Positions 50,397-61,451 of a DNA stretch of 64,000 nt are shown here, in pieces. The stretch comes from an uncultured bacterium. Its GTDB lineage: Bacteria > Babelota > Babeliae > Babelales > JACPOV01. The position numbers and the translations under genes are program-made. Where the stretch lies: positions 96,001-160,000 of the forward strand of contig CAVUUR010000007.1 in NCBI GenBank assembly GCA_963744715.1. Direction: 5' to 3'. Positions within the stretch are counted from its first letter, which is position 1. The number at the start of each line of letters is the position of its first letter. The notes under the pieces are model-generated. The model saw nothing but the letters and a program-made list of their open reading frames with translations, searched no databases and had not been told where the DNA came from.

Positions 50397-50768
50397 ATGG
50401 GTAACGATATTTCTAGATGGTCAGGATTTTATCATGATTTTATGGGAACCGTTGAAAATAGTGGACTGGTTCAATTTGCTGAAAAAGTAGTAGATGAGCA
50501 TGGATTTTACACGGCAAAAGTTACCATGGATGGTATAAAAAAAATGCGAACCTTTTTTCCTCAGCATTGGACACCCGAAAAAGTAATTAGTAAAATTCTG
50601 GAAGCTTACGACCACTTTACTAATAATGGTTCAAAAAATTATGAGCAGCTTCCTAATGGCACTTATCTAGTTACTGGATTAATTGAAGAAGGTATAGAAC
50701 TCGAAATACATATAACTAAAGAAGGACAAATGACATTCATATATCCATTATTGTATAAGGGTAGTTAA
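50397..50768 (+). CDS. orphan EndoU toxin tip (standalone, diverged)
   Basis: GFYHD, RTFFPQHWTPEKVISKILEAY, GIELEIHIT..GQMTFIYP; AGGA RBS. Confidence 0.75.
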   Translation: MGNDISRWSGFYHDFMGTVENSGLVQFAEKVVDEHGFYTAKVTMDGIKKMRTFFPQHWTPEKVISKILEAYDHFTNNGSKNYEQLPNGTYLVTGLIEEGIELEIHITKEGQMTFIYPLLYKGS

Positions 50769-51292
50769 TGAAAAAAAATTATTTAAAAATAGCTCTTAAA
50801 GGAAATCGCTATAGTTATAAAGAAGCAAGTATTCAAGAAATGGCAATGCTTGGATGTTTTTTAACTTCTGAAGTCTTATGTTTTGGATCAACCTTTAAAG
50901 AATGGGCTCTCGATAATAATGACTTAGGTAGTTATGGAGGAAATATAATCGAACTTGAAAAAGAGGATAAATATATCGTTCTCAGTGAACAAATGTTTCA
51001 AAAAGTTAAAAAAGGGCCTTATTTTGCTATACAACAGTCGGAATTCGTTAAGCTTCTTGAAATATGGGAAAATATTTGCAATCAAAACCCTAAACCAGAA
51101 CAAGTTTTTATTATCTATGATGGCCAACAATTAACGATTTCTCATAATGCAGAAATAATATGGACAAACAATACACCTTCCAGGCAAAGGAGATTAACCG
51201 TAGGCCGTTTGTTAAATTGGCTACTCGTTGCTATGTTTTTTATGTATGAAGGAAAGCATATAATCCAACGTTTGTTCTTCAGTCATGGCTGA
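50768..51292 (+). CDS. putative immunity protein (paralog 3, C-terminally extended)
   Basis: FLTSEVLCFG, KEWAL, YGGN, GPYF, QNPKP; tail overlaps the convergent cmk end. Confidence 0.72.
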   Translation: MKKNYLKIALKGNRYSYKEASIQEMAMLGCFLTSEVLCFGSTFKEWALDNNDLGSYGGNIIELEKEDKYIVLSEQMFQKVKKGPYFAIQQSEFVKLLEIWENICNQNPKPEQVFIIYDGQQLTISHNAEIIWTNNTPSRQRRLTVGRLLNWLLVAMFFMYEGKHIIQRLFFSHG

Positions 51293-51911
51293 ATTATCAA
51301 CAACAATAGCATTGGTTGGAATAACCAATGGATCAATGGCACGATTACTATCGCGCTCATCACGCTCCTTAACTGCAGCGCAAGCTTCGTTGATGGATAC
51401 AACAAAACCTCTGAGTTTTTGATCATGTTGCCATCTTAACGCACGCACTTGCAATGATGCTGTTAAAAAAAATTTTATCTGAGCATTGGGGAATACTACC
51501 GATCCCATATCACGACCTTCTACCACAATATCGTGACTATCGGCTATAGTTCTCTGTAATGCATATAAAGATTTTCTAACCAACACATTAGTAGCAATGA
51601 GTGATGATTGTCTATCAATTGATGCCGATTTTAAAAAAGGAGTAATTTCTGAATTATCAAAAAAAATCTTGCCGCCATGTGCACTATCGGGTAGATAAAC
51701 AAAATGATCCGCTTGCAATACTTTTTCAATATCATCTGCAGTTACCTGCGTTAACCGTTCTTCTGTGTACTGATAATACGTTGTAAAAACATACGGCCAA
51801 AGCTCGAAAAAGTAAACCACTGCTTAAATAATGTATATGCAGCACTCCCGCTAATCTACGAGCTATTGTCGATTTACCACTTGCGGTTGGGCCGTCGATA
51901 GTAATAATCAT
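51221..51911 (-). CDS. cmk: cytidylate kinase with one frameshift near 51795
   Basis: [24 protein letters not shown] in one frame; [22 protein letters not shown] in another; span is 3n+1. Confidence 0.88.
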
Positions 51912-53653
51912 TGCAATTCCTTGTGATTCTCAAGACCTGCAACATCTATGCCTAACAATTCTATATTTGATTTCCCATTCCAATGATTTTCCGTAATATG
52001 CACTGCCAGATCAAACGGTTCTTCTCCCTGGGCTTTAAACTGCTCAAATAATTCAGGCGCATTAAAAAAAACCACGGGCTTTATAACGCCCTCAGAAAAC
52101 ACCATACATTTAACATGAAGATCTTTCATAAGAATTGGCGATTGCACTAACGTCACCTTTGGTATATAAAAAATAGGTTGTGGATTTTCATTACCGAACG
52201 GTTCTAAATATTCCATATCGGTTATCACTTTTTTAGTAACATCGAAAAGACTAACATTGGCATCGATGGTTAATTTTTGTTGTAATTCTTCAGGCGTTAT
52301 TTTAGCAGCAAGTATCGCTTCTAACTTATCTTTTAACGGCTCAAGGTTTTCACGCAATAACGATAATCCTGCAGCTACCGAATGTCCTCCGAACGTTAAC
52401 AATAAATCATGACATTCTGATAATGCGTCAAACATATTAAACGCAGCAATGGAACGACACGAACCTTTTGCAATACCGTCCTTAGTTATGTGCAGTAATA
52501 CTACGGGCTTGCCATACGCACTCACTAAACGAGAAGCAACTAATCCTATAACTCCGGATGGCCACGCTGAACTTGCAGCAAAAATAATATTTTCTTGATC
52601 TAAATCAATCTTTTTTGTTGCTATTGCAGAAGAAATTTCTGAAAAAATAGCTTTTTCAATTTCTTTACGTGCTTGATTTAATTCCGCCAGTATCCTACCA
52701 ACGTGTTCAACTTCCTGTTTATCATCACCAATTAAAAATTTCACTCCCTGGCGCGGATCTTGCAATCTTCCTAATGCATTAATTTGTGGGGTAAGTCCAT
52801 ACCCAATATCAGAAGCTGATAATTTGTCTTTCACAACCTTACCATTTTGTTTTAGCACTTTAAAGGCATGGCTTTCTATCTGATTAATATACTGTAATCC
52901 ATAGCGAACCCAGAAACGATTTTCACCGGTTAAAGGAACTACATCGGCAATGGTTCCTAAGAGCAATAATTCGAATGCTTTTGATGGCATTTGAACTGCT
53001 AAATCTTCATACAGTAATGAAAGTACTTTAAACGTTACGCCAACACCTGCAAATTTTTTATATGGATATTTGCAATCAGTTTGATGCGGATTGACCACCG
53101 CATATGCCACAGGAATTTCTTCATGCGGACGATGGTGATCAGTAATAATAAGATCAATTCCTAGTTCTTGCGCCTTTTTAGCTGGTTGAAAAGCTGTAAT
53201 GCCATTATCAACGGTAATAATTAATGAATAACCGTTATGCGCAGCTCGCTCAACAACTTCAACAGAAAGTCCATAGCCATCTTTCATTCGATTTGGCAAG
53301 AAAAAATTGATCTGGGCACCCACTGGTTTTAGACACAACATCATTAACGCACTCGATGTAATACCATCAACGTCATAATCACCAAATATTAGAATTTTTT
53401 CTTGATTATTAATTGCCCGTATAATCCGAGCAACTGCCTTCTGTGCATCTTTAAGCAGTGCTGGATGTGCAACATCTTTTTCTAATGAGGTAAAAAGATA
53501 ATTTTCTACATCTTCTATAGTAGTAAATCCACGTGACACCAAGGTTTGAGCAACTGCTATAGAAAGATTAAATTTAGTTGCAATAGCTAGAATCCGTTGA
53601 TGATCAATATCGGGTATATTCCAGAGATACTTTTGACCGCGTATGATACGCAT
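51908..53653 (-). CDS. recJ: ssDNA exonuclease RecJ
   Basis: [38 protein letters not shown]. Confidence 0.96.
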   Translation of the reverse strand: MRIIRGQKYLWNIPDIDHQRILAIATKFNLSIAVAQTLVSRGFTTIEDVENYLFTSLEKDVAHPALLKDAQKAVARIIRAINNQEKILIFGDYDVDGITSSALMMLCLKPVGAQINFFLPNRMKDGYGLSVEVVERAAHNGYSLIITVDNGITAFQPAKKAQELGIDLIITDHHRPHEEIPVAYAVVNPHQTDCKYPYKKFAGVGVTFKVLSLLYEDLAVQMPSKAFELLLLGTIADVVPLTGENRFWVRYGLQYINQIESHAFKVLKQNGKVVKDKLSASDIGYGLTPQINALGRLQDPRQGVKFLIGDDKQEVEHVGRILAELNQARKEIEKAIFSEISSAIATKKIDLDQENIIFAASSAWPSGVIGLVASRLVSAYGKPVVLLHITKDGIAKGSCRSIAAFNMFDALSECHDLLLTFGGHSVAAGLSLLRENLEPLKDKLEAILAAKITPEELQQKLTIDANVSLFDVTKKVITDMEYLEPFGNENPQPIFYIPKVTLVQSPILMKDLHVKCMVFSEGVIKPVVFFNAPELFEQFKAQGEEPFDLAVHITENHWNGKSNIELLGIDVAGLENHKELQ

Positions 53654-53735
53654 TAATGCCCTATGCCATAAATATACTTAATTAATAACTGTTCTATTGT
53701 ACAAAAAGTTAAGGAAAATTAACAGTACTAGCTTC

Positions 53736-55580
53736 TTAGCTTCCAAACTCGAATTTGTCTTGCTCTATACGTTCTTCAATGAGTTCCAAAAACAAATCAT
53801 TATGCATCATTACATTAAGTTGTCCCACTAATGATAGCTGCTCAAATTGGTTCAAAGAATAGTTAAAATTAAAGGTACTGCAGTATCCCTCATCAAGACA
53901 TTCTTGTACATTAAATTCCGAGAGATTTAATTTTTCAATTTGTGCAGCAAGTTTTGGATCCTCTTGGGCACGCGTAATAAGATCATCATCTTTAAGGAAA
54001 TTAATATATATAATAATTGGAGCATTATTACTAGATGATCGATATACCTGCACGGTTTTATCACTCTTTTCTTCATCTTTTGCATAGGTAATCTTGTACA
54101 CACGTTCAAGGTCCGCGAATGCTTTTTTTAATTCATCAGCACTTTCTACATTGCTTGATCCATCACCAACAAAAATAATATCTAATTGTCTATCGGGCCT
54201 AAATAAAGGTCTCAGTGGAATATTATAGGCTATTCCTGCATCGATAAAGGTTAAGAGATCACGATCATGCAACCAGCTTCCAACTCCTTCATAGCCTTTA
54301 AACGGATTATTAATCGACGCTGGCGCTGCACGTTTTTTTCCTATTCTTGTATCACCTAAACTGATAAGAACGCGTTCTACCAATGCATTCTTCATCCTCT
54401 GAAAAATTGAAGGATTTTCGGACAGGGCAACGACTTTTTCTTCATCCCCCTCTTGCTCATCCTGTACAACCTCAAGTAATAGCTCTGCACCTTTCTTATC
54501 GAGGCCATCTCCTAACATTATTCTTTTAAGATCGTTAAGATTAACCGCAAATGCAGATCCAAAAATACCCATTAAAAATCCAAAACTTTGTTCGGGAGCA
54601 AAATCTTGCGATTTTCCCGCATTAAAAGATCTACCAAATGCAAAAGCAGGTAATGCTATATCCAATTCCAGATTCCTGATTTCTTCAGGATTAAATTCGT
54701 ACCAATTATACATATATACATGTTCCGCCAAACTATGCATTGAAACTGCTGTATAAATAGGCCAAGGCGCCGCACCTGATTTAATATGAAAATATTGATC
54801 AGAAAGATGTTTTCTCTGTTGATAAGCCCCAAAATCCGATAGTAAAGCATGCGCGAGTAGTGCGCCGTAAAAATCCACAGAACTTATCGGTTGTCCAAAA
54901 ACAACTTTAGGAAAAATAATATCATTGGCTACACGATCTTTACTAAAAGATAAAATATTATTTTTACTAACCGGGTTAAAAATATCGACTTCTATTTTTT
55001 GTTTGAGTTTATTATTAAATGCCTCAACAGATAATGACCGTTCAGCCGACTGCATAAATACATAAGGGCCAATCCACCAGGAAGAACCTGAAAGGCCAAC
55101 CATATATTGTGCTGCATCAAAAATACCTAGCTCCTCAAACCCTTTTAGATAAGCGCTGGTTAATATCATTGCTCTATAGCCACCACCACTAAATACAAAA
55201 CCTATTCTTGGTATTGCATTATGGGGTATTTGCAATCCCGTATATTTTTGCAAAGCTATTCTCGTTTTTTCAAGGCGATTACTAAGGAATTCTCCTTCCA
55301 ATGAATATCCTGGATCAAGTCTTTTTGTATTTGCATACAATGCAGCGGGCCTATTACGATTTGGGTCTTTTGCCATGAGCTGTTGTATGACATTTTCCTT
55401 GAATTTATATACTAATTGCAGTACGTGCTCAATGTCTTCTAAACGTATTTTACTAAGGCGTTCTAAACTATTTTCAATTAATGTATCGCTAAGATCTTTT
55501 GAAATACTTTGTTGAATATAGGTCCAACGTACAAGAACAAAAAACGCAACACCGCTTAAAAAAATTATTCTCTTTTTCAT
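53736..55580 (-). CDS. cPLA2/lysophospholipase-like (PLA2_B-type) phospholipase
   Basis: FSGGGYRAM oxyanion loop, GLSGSSW nucleophile, PWPIYTAV, WYEFNP, MGIFGSAF, IDAG. Confidence 0.85.
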   Translation of the reverse strand: MKKRIIFLSGVAFFVLVRWTYIQQSISKDLSDTLIENSLERLSKIRLEDIEHVLQLVYKFKENVIQQLMAKDPNRNRPAALYANTKRLDPGYSLEGEFLSNRLEKTRIALQKYTGLQIPHNAIPRIGFVFSGGGYRAMILTSAYLKGFEELGIFDAAQYMVGLSGSSWWIGPYVFMQSAERSLSVEAFNNKLKQKIEVDIFNPVSKNNILSFSKDRVANDIIFPKVVFGQPISSVDFYGALLAHALLSDFGAYQQRKHLSDQYFHIKSGAAPWPIYTAVSMHSLAEHVYMYNWYEFNPEEIRNLELDIALPAFAFGRSFNAGKSQDFAPEQSFGFLMGIFGSAFAVNLNDLKRIMLGDGLDKKGAELLLEVVQDEQEGDEEKVVALSENPSIFQRMKNALVERVLISLGDTRIGKKRAAPASINNPFKGYEGVGSWLHDRDLLTFIDAGIAYNIPLRPLFRPDRQLDIIFVGDGSSNVESADELKKAFADLERVYKITYAKDEEKSDKTVQVYRSSSNNAPIIIYINFLKDDDLITRAQEDPKLAAQIEKLNLSEFNVQECLDEGYCSTFNFNYSLNQFEQLSLVGQLNVMMHNDLFLELIEERIEQDKFEFGS

Positions 55581-55823
55581 TACAGTCCCTTATATCACCA
55601 TAAATAGGCGAACTTGCTTTCTGTATTTACTGTAGAAAACTATAGCCCGCATGGTCAATAAATTGCAAATATGCATAGAAAAGACAAGTTGGCATCGGCA
55701 ATGCCACGGGTAAAACATACTTTAATGGTTCAAAACAAGAAGTAATTGATCATAAGATTTATTATTGATACTATAAACCTGTTTTTATGATTAATTGTTT
55801 ATTATTAATAAAAGGAAGTTGAC

Positions 55824-56600
55824 ATGAATCATGGTTACAAAAAAAGCTTATTACTAACGATAGTTAATTATTTTATGGTATCTCTTCATTGCTATGCAAT
55901 ACCGGAACATGCCGAATCAAAAGATTTTGTTTATCTTGACCAGATAGATCCAACAATTCTTGTTTCTCTACGGTATAATACCGATGAAAATTTTGTGGGA
56001 ACAGCTGTTGATGGTTATAAAAAATCAGTTGTAATTCTAACGAAAAAAGCAGCTGAGGCCTTAAAAAATGTACAGGAAGAAGTTCGTAAGGATGGCTACT
56101 GTTTAGTTATTTATGATGCATATCGCCCACAAAAAGCGGTTGATCATTTTGTACGATGGAGCGCGAACGCTACGGAACAATGCAAAAAAGATAGTTATTA
56201 CCCTTATGTAAATAAAGCTAAAACCTTTGAACTTGGATACATAGGGGAACGTTCAGGGCATAGTAGAGGAAGCACGGTGGACCTAACGCTTATTAAATAC
56301 GGTGAAGTTCCTCATGCACTTCAAGAATCAAAACGTACCCTATTAGATGGCCGTTTAATTACATTCTTGGATGATGGCACGGTCGATATGGGATCTTCAT
56401 TTGATTTATTTGATGAAGCTTCACATAGTGAAAACAATCTTATTGAAGAATCATACAAGGAACATAGAGTCTATTTAAAAACGGTTATGGAAAAGCATGG
56501 GTTTAAAGCTTACTCCAAAGAGTGGTGGCATTTTACCTTACAAGATGAGCCCTTTTGTGCCAATCAAGATGCTAGTTACTTTAATTTTGACATAGAGTAA
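55824..56600 (+). CDS. ddpX: D-Ala-D-Ala dipeptidase (M15D, VanX/DdpX family)
   Basis: YDAYRP, SGHSRGSTVD, DMGSSFD, EWWHF. Confidence 0.92.
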   Translation: MNHGYKKSLLLTIVNYFMVSLHCYAIPEHAESKDFVYLDQIDPTILVSLRYNTDENFVGTAVDGYKKSVVILTKKAAEALKNVQEEVRKDGYCLVIYDAYRPQKAVDHFVRWSANATEQCKKDSYYPYVNKAKTFELGYIGERSGHSRGSTVDLTLIKYGEVPHALQESKRTLLDGRLITFLDDGTVDMGSSFDLFDEASHSENNLIEESYKEHRVYLKTVMEKHGFKAYSKEWWHFTLQDEPFCANQDASYFNFDIE

Positions 56601-57045
56601 AGAATAAAAAAGTCACACCCTTTGTCAGAGACAATGTTACTTAAATTGAGATACATTCATGTATCTTACACTTTGATTATCCGCATATGCGTAATTGAAA
56701 GTTAAGATACCTTTTTTGTTAAATAGTAAGATGTACCATAAAGGGTATGACGATAGTTTTTATAAAGATAAGATATAAATTAAATAAAAAATCTTTCATA
56801 ATTACAGTATGCCAAATTTTTTTAAAAAAGTCAATCACAGAGAAATTGTTCCTAAAATAACACATTTTTACCTTAAAAATTCTGGTGAACGTTCCCTGTA
56901 AGCAGATACATTCCAATCACCTCAATATATATACTTTTAAACTGAAAAATAGTTTGTATGCCAATGCTAATATGTGCTATTATTACATTAGTTACTCGTA
57001 ACTCTTTTTTACCGTTGATCAACTATATAAGGAGCCTATAATAGC

Positions 57046-58078
57046 ATGGAAAGGCTTTGCTAGCGATAATTGCAGGTATTCATCCGGATATTTTAAAAGC
57101 CATTAGTGATGCAAACCAAGGACATAGCAAGGCATATGGCGCTGACAGCTATACCCAAGAGGCAATCGCCCTATTTAAACAACATTTTGGTGATAATATT
57201 GACGTTTACTTTGTATGCAATGGAACTGCTGCAAACGTACTCAGTTTAAATACCTTAATTAAATCCTATCAAGGAGTAATATGCGCCGATTCAGCACATA
57301 TTAACGTTGATGAATGTGGCGCGCCAGAAAATTATACCGGCTGCAAGCTACTCACAGTACCTACAAAGGATGGTAAGCTTACTATTAAAGATATTAAGCA
57401 CCATTTGATTAACCTTGGTGATCAACATAAAGTTCAGCCAAAAATTATATCGATTACACAAAGCACTGAATTGGGGGGACCCTTTATACTCTTGAAGAAA
57501 TCAAAACAATAACTGACTTTGCTCATGAAAACAATCTTTTCGTACATATGGATGGAGCACGTTTAAGTAACGCTGTTGTCGGTTTAAACACAAGCCTAGC
57601 GGCTATCACAAAAGACGTTGGCATTGATGTGCTTTGTTTTGGTGGAACAAAGGATGGTATGATGCTTGGTGAAGCTGTAATATTTTTCAATAAAGAACTC
57701 TCTAAAGATTTTCAATATATTCGCAAACAAAGCATGCAGCTGATTTCCAAAATGCGGTTTATTTCAGCACAATTTATTGCACTCTTAAGTAATAATTTAT
57801 GGTTTAAAAACGCTCAGCATGCCAATGCCATGGCACAACTCTTAGCTAGCGAAATAAAAAAAATTCCCCAAATCAAAATGAGCAAAAATGTTGAAGCTAA
57901 TGCAGTGTTTGCCTACATTGATAAAACATTGATTCCCTTATTGCAAAAAAAATATTATTTTTATGTTTGGGATGAAACAACGTCCGAAGTTCGTTGGATG
58001 ACCTCATGGGATACCACCAAAGAAGATATTTTAAATTTTGTTGCACATATAAAGGAAATTCTAGCAGCAAAGAACTAA
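57046..58078 (+). pseudogene. ltaE: low-specificity L-threonine aldolase with frameshifts
   Basis: FASDN, NGTAAN, HINVDECGAPE, TQSTELG, HMDGARL, FGGTK, SKMRF spread over several frames; indels near 57049, 57071 and the G6 run at 57473. Confidence 0.85.
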
Positions 58079-58122
58079 TCGGCAACCATACAGCTTGACA
58101 CAAATGTTTTTACATTAGGCAA

Positions 58123-58710
58123 TTAAGCATGTTTTCCATTCATTGCATCATACCAATTATTTTCTAGCTCTTCCGTTAGCTTGCCTTCTTTTTTTAAATC
58201 ATCCCAGATATCTTCAAAACGATCACTAATCAATTCTTCTTTATAGATTAGATAAAGAAGGGCTGCTTGAAGATTTTCGGTTCTAGCTTTTTGCCAAGCT
58301 TCTTCGGCAGAAAGTTTTTCATCTACACTTAGTATGGGGGGTAGATAATAGTCTTTAAAATTTATCTCTTCTTTAGGTTTGTTTAAATCCGGGGTTAGTG
58401 GTCCTTGCAAGATAAACTTTTTTTGAATAGCAATAGCGCGTTTTTGCGCCTCTTCAATAACTGTTTCATTTTTTTTCAGTTTCTTAAGGCCCCGAGCCTT
58501 TATTATACCTAATATTTCCTTCTCCTGAGAATTTATATGTTTCCCCTTCAGAAGAAAATCTACTTGTTTGGCAAAAGACTCAGATTCTTGCGCTTCTTTT
58601 TCTTTCTTAGTGGAATCAATCTTATTAGTTGGTTCAAACCACATGCTAGGAAAACTGGCATTAACTATAAAAAATGCTAAACCAAGAAATAATCTCATAA
58701 AAATATTCAT
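58123..58710 (-). CDS. hypothetical exported protein
   Basis: AGGAG RBS before ATG 58710; signal peptide; charged helical body. Confidence 0.7.
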   Translation of the reverse strand: MNIFMRLFLGLAFFIVNASFPSMWFEPTNKIDSTKKEKEAQESESFAKQVDFLLKGKHINSQEKEILGIIKARGLKKLKKNETVIEEAQKRAIAIQKKFILQGPLTPDLNKPKEEINFKDYYLPPILSVDEKLSAEEAWQKARTENLQAALLYLIYKEELISDRFEDIWDDLKKEGKLTEELENNWYDAMNGKHA

Positions 58711-59226
58711 AACAAAAATCTCCTTACAAAGTCTCCAACCATATATTGAGTTGATTAGGTGATTGATCAACCCATTTCAAATTATTTTTTGCAAATAAAC
58801 ATTAGATTATCATTAAGATTTATTAAAAAATCAATAACTTTTCTTACACTATTTTTACAAAAAAATTGAATTTCCATTCAGTAATTATTATATCTTATTT
58901 GAAATAAAAAATAAAAAGACTACTGATATAAATTTAAAAAAATTGATAATAAAAAGCTATTCACTAATAATCCTTATTAAATGCATACAGAAAAATATGT
59001 ACCTATATTAGGACAAATATAATTTATTAATTCTCTATTAAGTAATAAAAACAACAAAAAATCATATAAATGATTGCAAATAATTAGAATTAGAATATAA
59101 TAAAATGAAGTCGTTGTTTTTTTCTGCATAAAGAATAATATATAACTGGCTTTAAAATATTGCTTATTAATGGTAACTACGCTATATAATACATAACACT
59201 GAGATCTTAGATAAGGTATTCTAATC

Positions 59227-60660
59227 ATGACAAGCCATAAAAAACTGTTTAATCGTTGTAGCATTACTCTATTGCTCAGTTTTTTTATTAGTTCAACTAT
59301 TGATAGCGATTTTGATACTAAGGAATCATCGTTATATATATCACAATCAATCAATGAACCTGTGCATAACGCTCAGAATATTGCTGAGGACGCTCTATCA
59401 ACCACGGCGTCATCTAACAATGATACATCGCCGCAAACAGAATCCTGTCAAGAACCGGTGTGCATAACCATTTTTGTTCATGGCATTATTAGCGTTAAAC
59501 CTCATTTATCGTTTGGTAATGTTATACGGTTAATGCGTGATAAAATTGCAAATTCAAGCTACGCAAGAACAGTAGAAATTATTCGAAAAAATCCATTTTT
59601 TTACCAACATCATCCAATGCAGGGACTTGGGTTAAAAGAAATAGACATGAATTGTATAGAAAAAGGTACTGCTTCCACTGCATTTGCACGGTCATTTGAT
59701 AGTATTTCTAATTATATAAAACCTTCTCCTATAAAAAATTTTTATTATACCTTTGGTTGGTCAGGATTATTAAGCCCACGCATGCGTTATTTGGAGGCAA
59801 AAATATTCTACCAATCCATTGTAAAACTTATCGAAGAATTTCGTGCACGTGGTATGACGCCAAAAATTCGAGTCGTTGGTTATAGCCATGGTGGTAATGT
59901 CGCTTTAAGACTCGCTTCTGTACATGATAATAAAAAACATAATAATCCATTAATGAGCATTGATGAACTTATTTTGATTGGTGTTCCTATTCTTCCCGAT
60001 ACTCATTTTTTAGTAAGTAATTCTACTTTTAAACGGATTTATCATTTTTATTCTTTTGGCGATCGCATTCAAAATTTAGATTGCTTTGCACTTAATCGTT
60101 TTTTTTCTGATCGAGTTTTTTATGGAAAATCCGATCGAAAACTACCCGATAAATTAATACAAATTCAACTAAAAATAAAAAGGCCTATGGCTTATTCTTA
60201 TAAAAAATATACAGAATCAAAAAACTTAAGAAATTCTAGGTTACGCAATGCTGATCCAGGTCATTCTGAGTTTTGGTCATTTGGCTGGACACATGCCAAC
60301 TATCGAGAAAATTTTCCTTTTTATCCATTACCTATGACCATTTTTACCCCGTTTATTATCCAAACGTTGGATAGTATAAACATAACTTCCGGTAGCGTTG
60401 TTGTGGAAATTCATCCACATCAAGAAAACTTTTTTATCGTCGATACATCAAATACCATCACCATGCCCTTTATTACCAGTTCGTATCTCAATGATCTAAA
60501 AAAATACGCTGAACAATTTAGGCCCGATAATTATTCAGCAAAAGAATATAATGCGCGAATACAGGAAGCAATAGTTGCAGGAAAAAAAGAATCTAGAAAA
60601 GAAAGAACTGAACAAAAGTCACCACGAAAAAGACGTCTCAAAAAACAATCATTAAAATGA
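59227..60660 (+). CDS. exported alpha/beta-hydrolase-like protein
   Basis: IFVHG, FGWSG, GYSHGGN nucleophile elbow, GDRIQ, PGH. Confidence 0.7.
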   Translation: MTSHKKLFNRCSITLLLSFFISSTIDSDFDTKESSLYISQSINEPVHNAQNIAEDALSTTASSNNDTSPQTESCQEPVCITIFVHGIISVKPHLSFGNVIRLMRDKIANSSYARTVEIIRKNPFFYQHHPMQGLGLKEIDMNCIEKGTASTAFARSFDSISNYIKPSPIKNFYYTFGWSGLLSPRMRYLEAKIFYQSIVKLIEEFRARGMTPKIRVVGYSHGGNVALRLASVHDNKKHNNPLMSIDELILIGVPILPDTHFLVSNSTFKRIYHFYSFGDRIQNLDCFALNRFFSDRVFYGKSDRKLPDKLIQIQLKIKRPMAYSYKKYTESKNLRNSRLRNADPGHSEFWSFGWTHANYRENFPFYPLPMTIFTPFIIQTLDSINITSGSVVVEIHPHQENFFIVDTSNTITMPFITSSYLNDLKKYAEQFRPDNYSAKEYNARIQEAIVAGKKESRKERTEQKSPRKRRLKKQSLK

Positions 60661-61447
60661 TGCGCGAATTAAACTCCAAACCCGCAAAAAATCATCCATG
60701 TTCATTTGTTGCCCACGTAATGCCAATGTGGCTTCGGGAATAGTAGAAATATCAACTTTTGTTTGAACCAAATTATTTTTTAGCGTGCGCCTCGGTTGAC
60801 GAAAAACAGAGTTTAATAAATTCCCAAAATTTTTCTTCATCGGGAATTAATACAGGATTTTCTTTTGGTTTAAAATATAATAAACGCGAATATACTTTAG
60901 GTGGCGGATAAAAATCTCCTGGCATTACTTTATTTAATTTCTTCCAAGTAAATATATGCTGAAAAAATAATGAGGAAAATCCATACCCTTTGCCACCTGT
61001 TTTTACTATTTTTTCTGCCACTTCTTCCTGTACCATAATAACTCCCTCACGCAATAAATAACGGTTACGAGCTAACCAATGCAAAATAGGAAATGTTATT
61101 TGATACGGAAGATTTGAAAGCAATGTCCATGGCTTATAAGGTTCTAATAATTGTGGGTCAACGTCTAAAAAATTTTGTTCAAACATCGTAATACGTTTAT
61201 CTGATATTGAATTTTTAATAAATGTTGCCCATTGATGATCAATCTCAAAAATCCACAAACGCTCTTGCGCAGCTTTTAAAATTGTTTTAGTTAAAAAACC
61301 ATCACCACAGCCTATTTCAAAAACCGAGGATGAATTATTAAGAGTAACTGCTTGAACAATGGCATCAGCAACTGCTTGTGAGCGTAAAAAATGCTGGCCA
61401 AATTGTTTTTTTAACGGAATTCCTTCTGAGAAAACTGGCTTTGTCAT
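60652..61447 (-). CDS. rsmA: 16S rRNA dimethyltransferase with one frameshift near 60804
   Basis: KKQFGQHFL, EIGCGDG, SNLPYQI, MVQEEVA, FYPPPKV; C-terminal FRQPRRTLKNNL in another frame after a 5-nt homopolymer. Confidence 0.92.
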
Positions 61448-61451
61448 ATAG

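Noticed and set aside
49140..51130. Repeats as CRISPR array or DGR template/variable repeats
   Set aside because: The repeats are gene-length paralogous coding segments; no short regular repeats, cas genes or reverse transcriptase in the window.
55824..56600. Vancomycin-resistance cluster
   Set aside because: Lone M15D dipeptidase; no vanA/vanH/vanRS genes in the window.
56601..57045. Possible riboswitch or small gene upstream of ltaE
   Set aside because: No recognisable aptamer motif or stable stem; the 65-aa minus-strand ORF lacks an RBS and looks random.
58711..59226. AT-rich intergenic region as possible oriC
   Set aside because: No DnaA box cluster seen and no dnaA/dnaN/gidA nearby; explained as a divergent promoter region.
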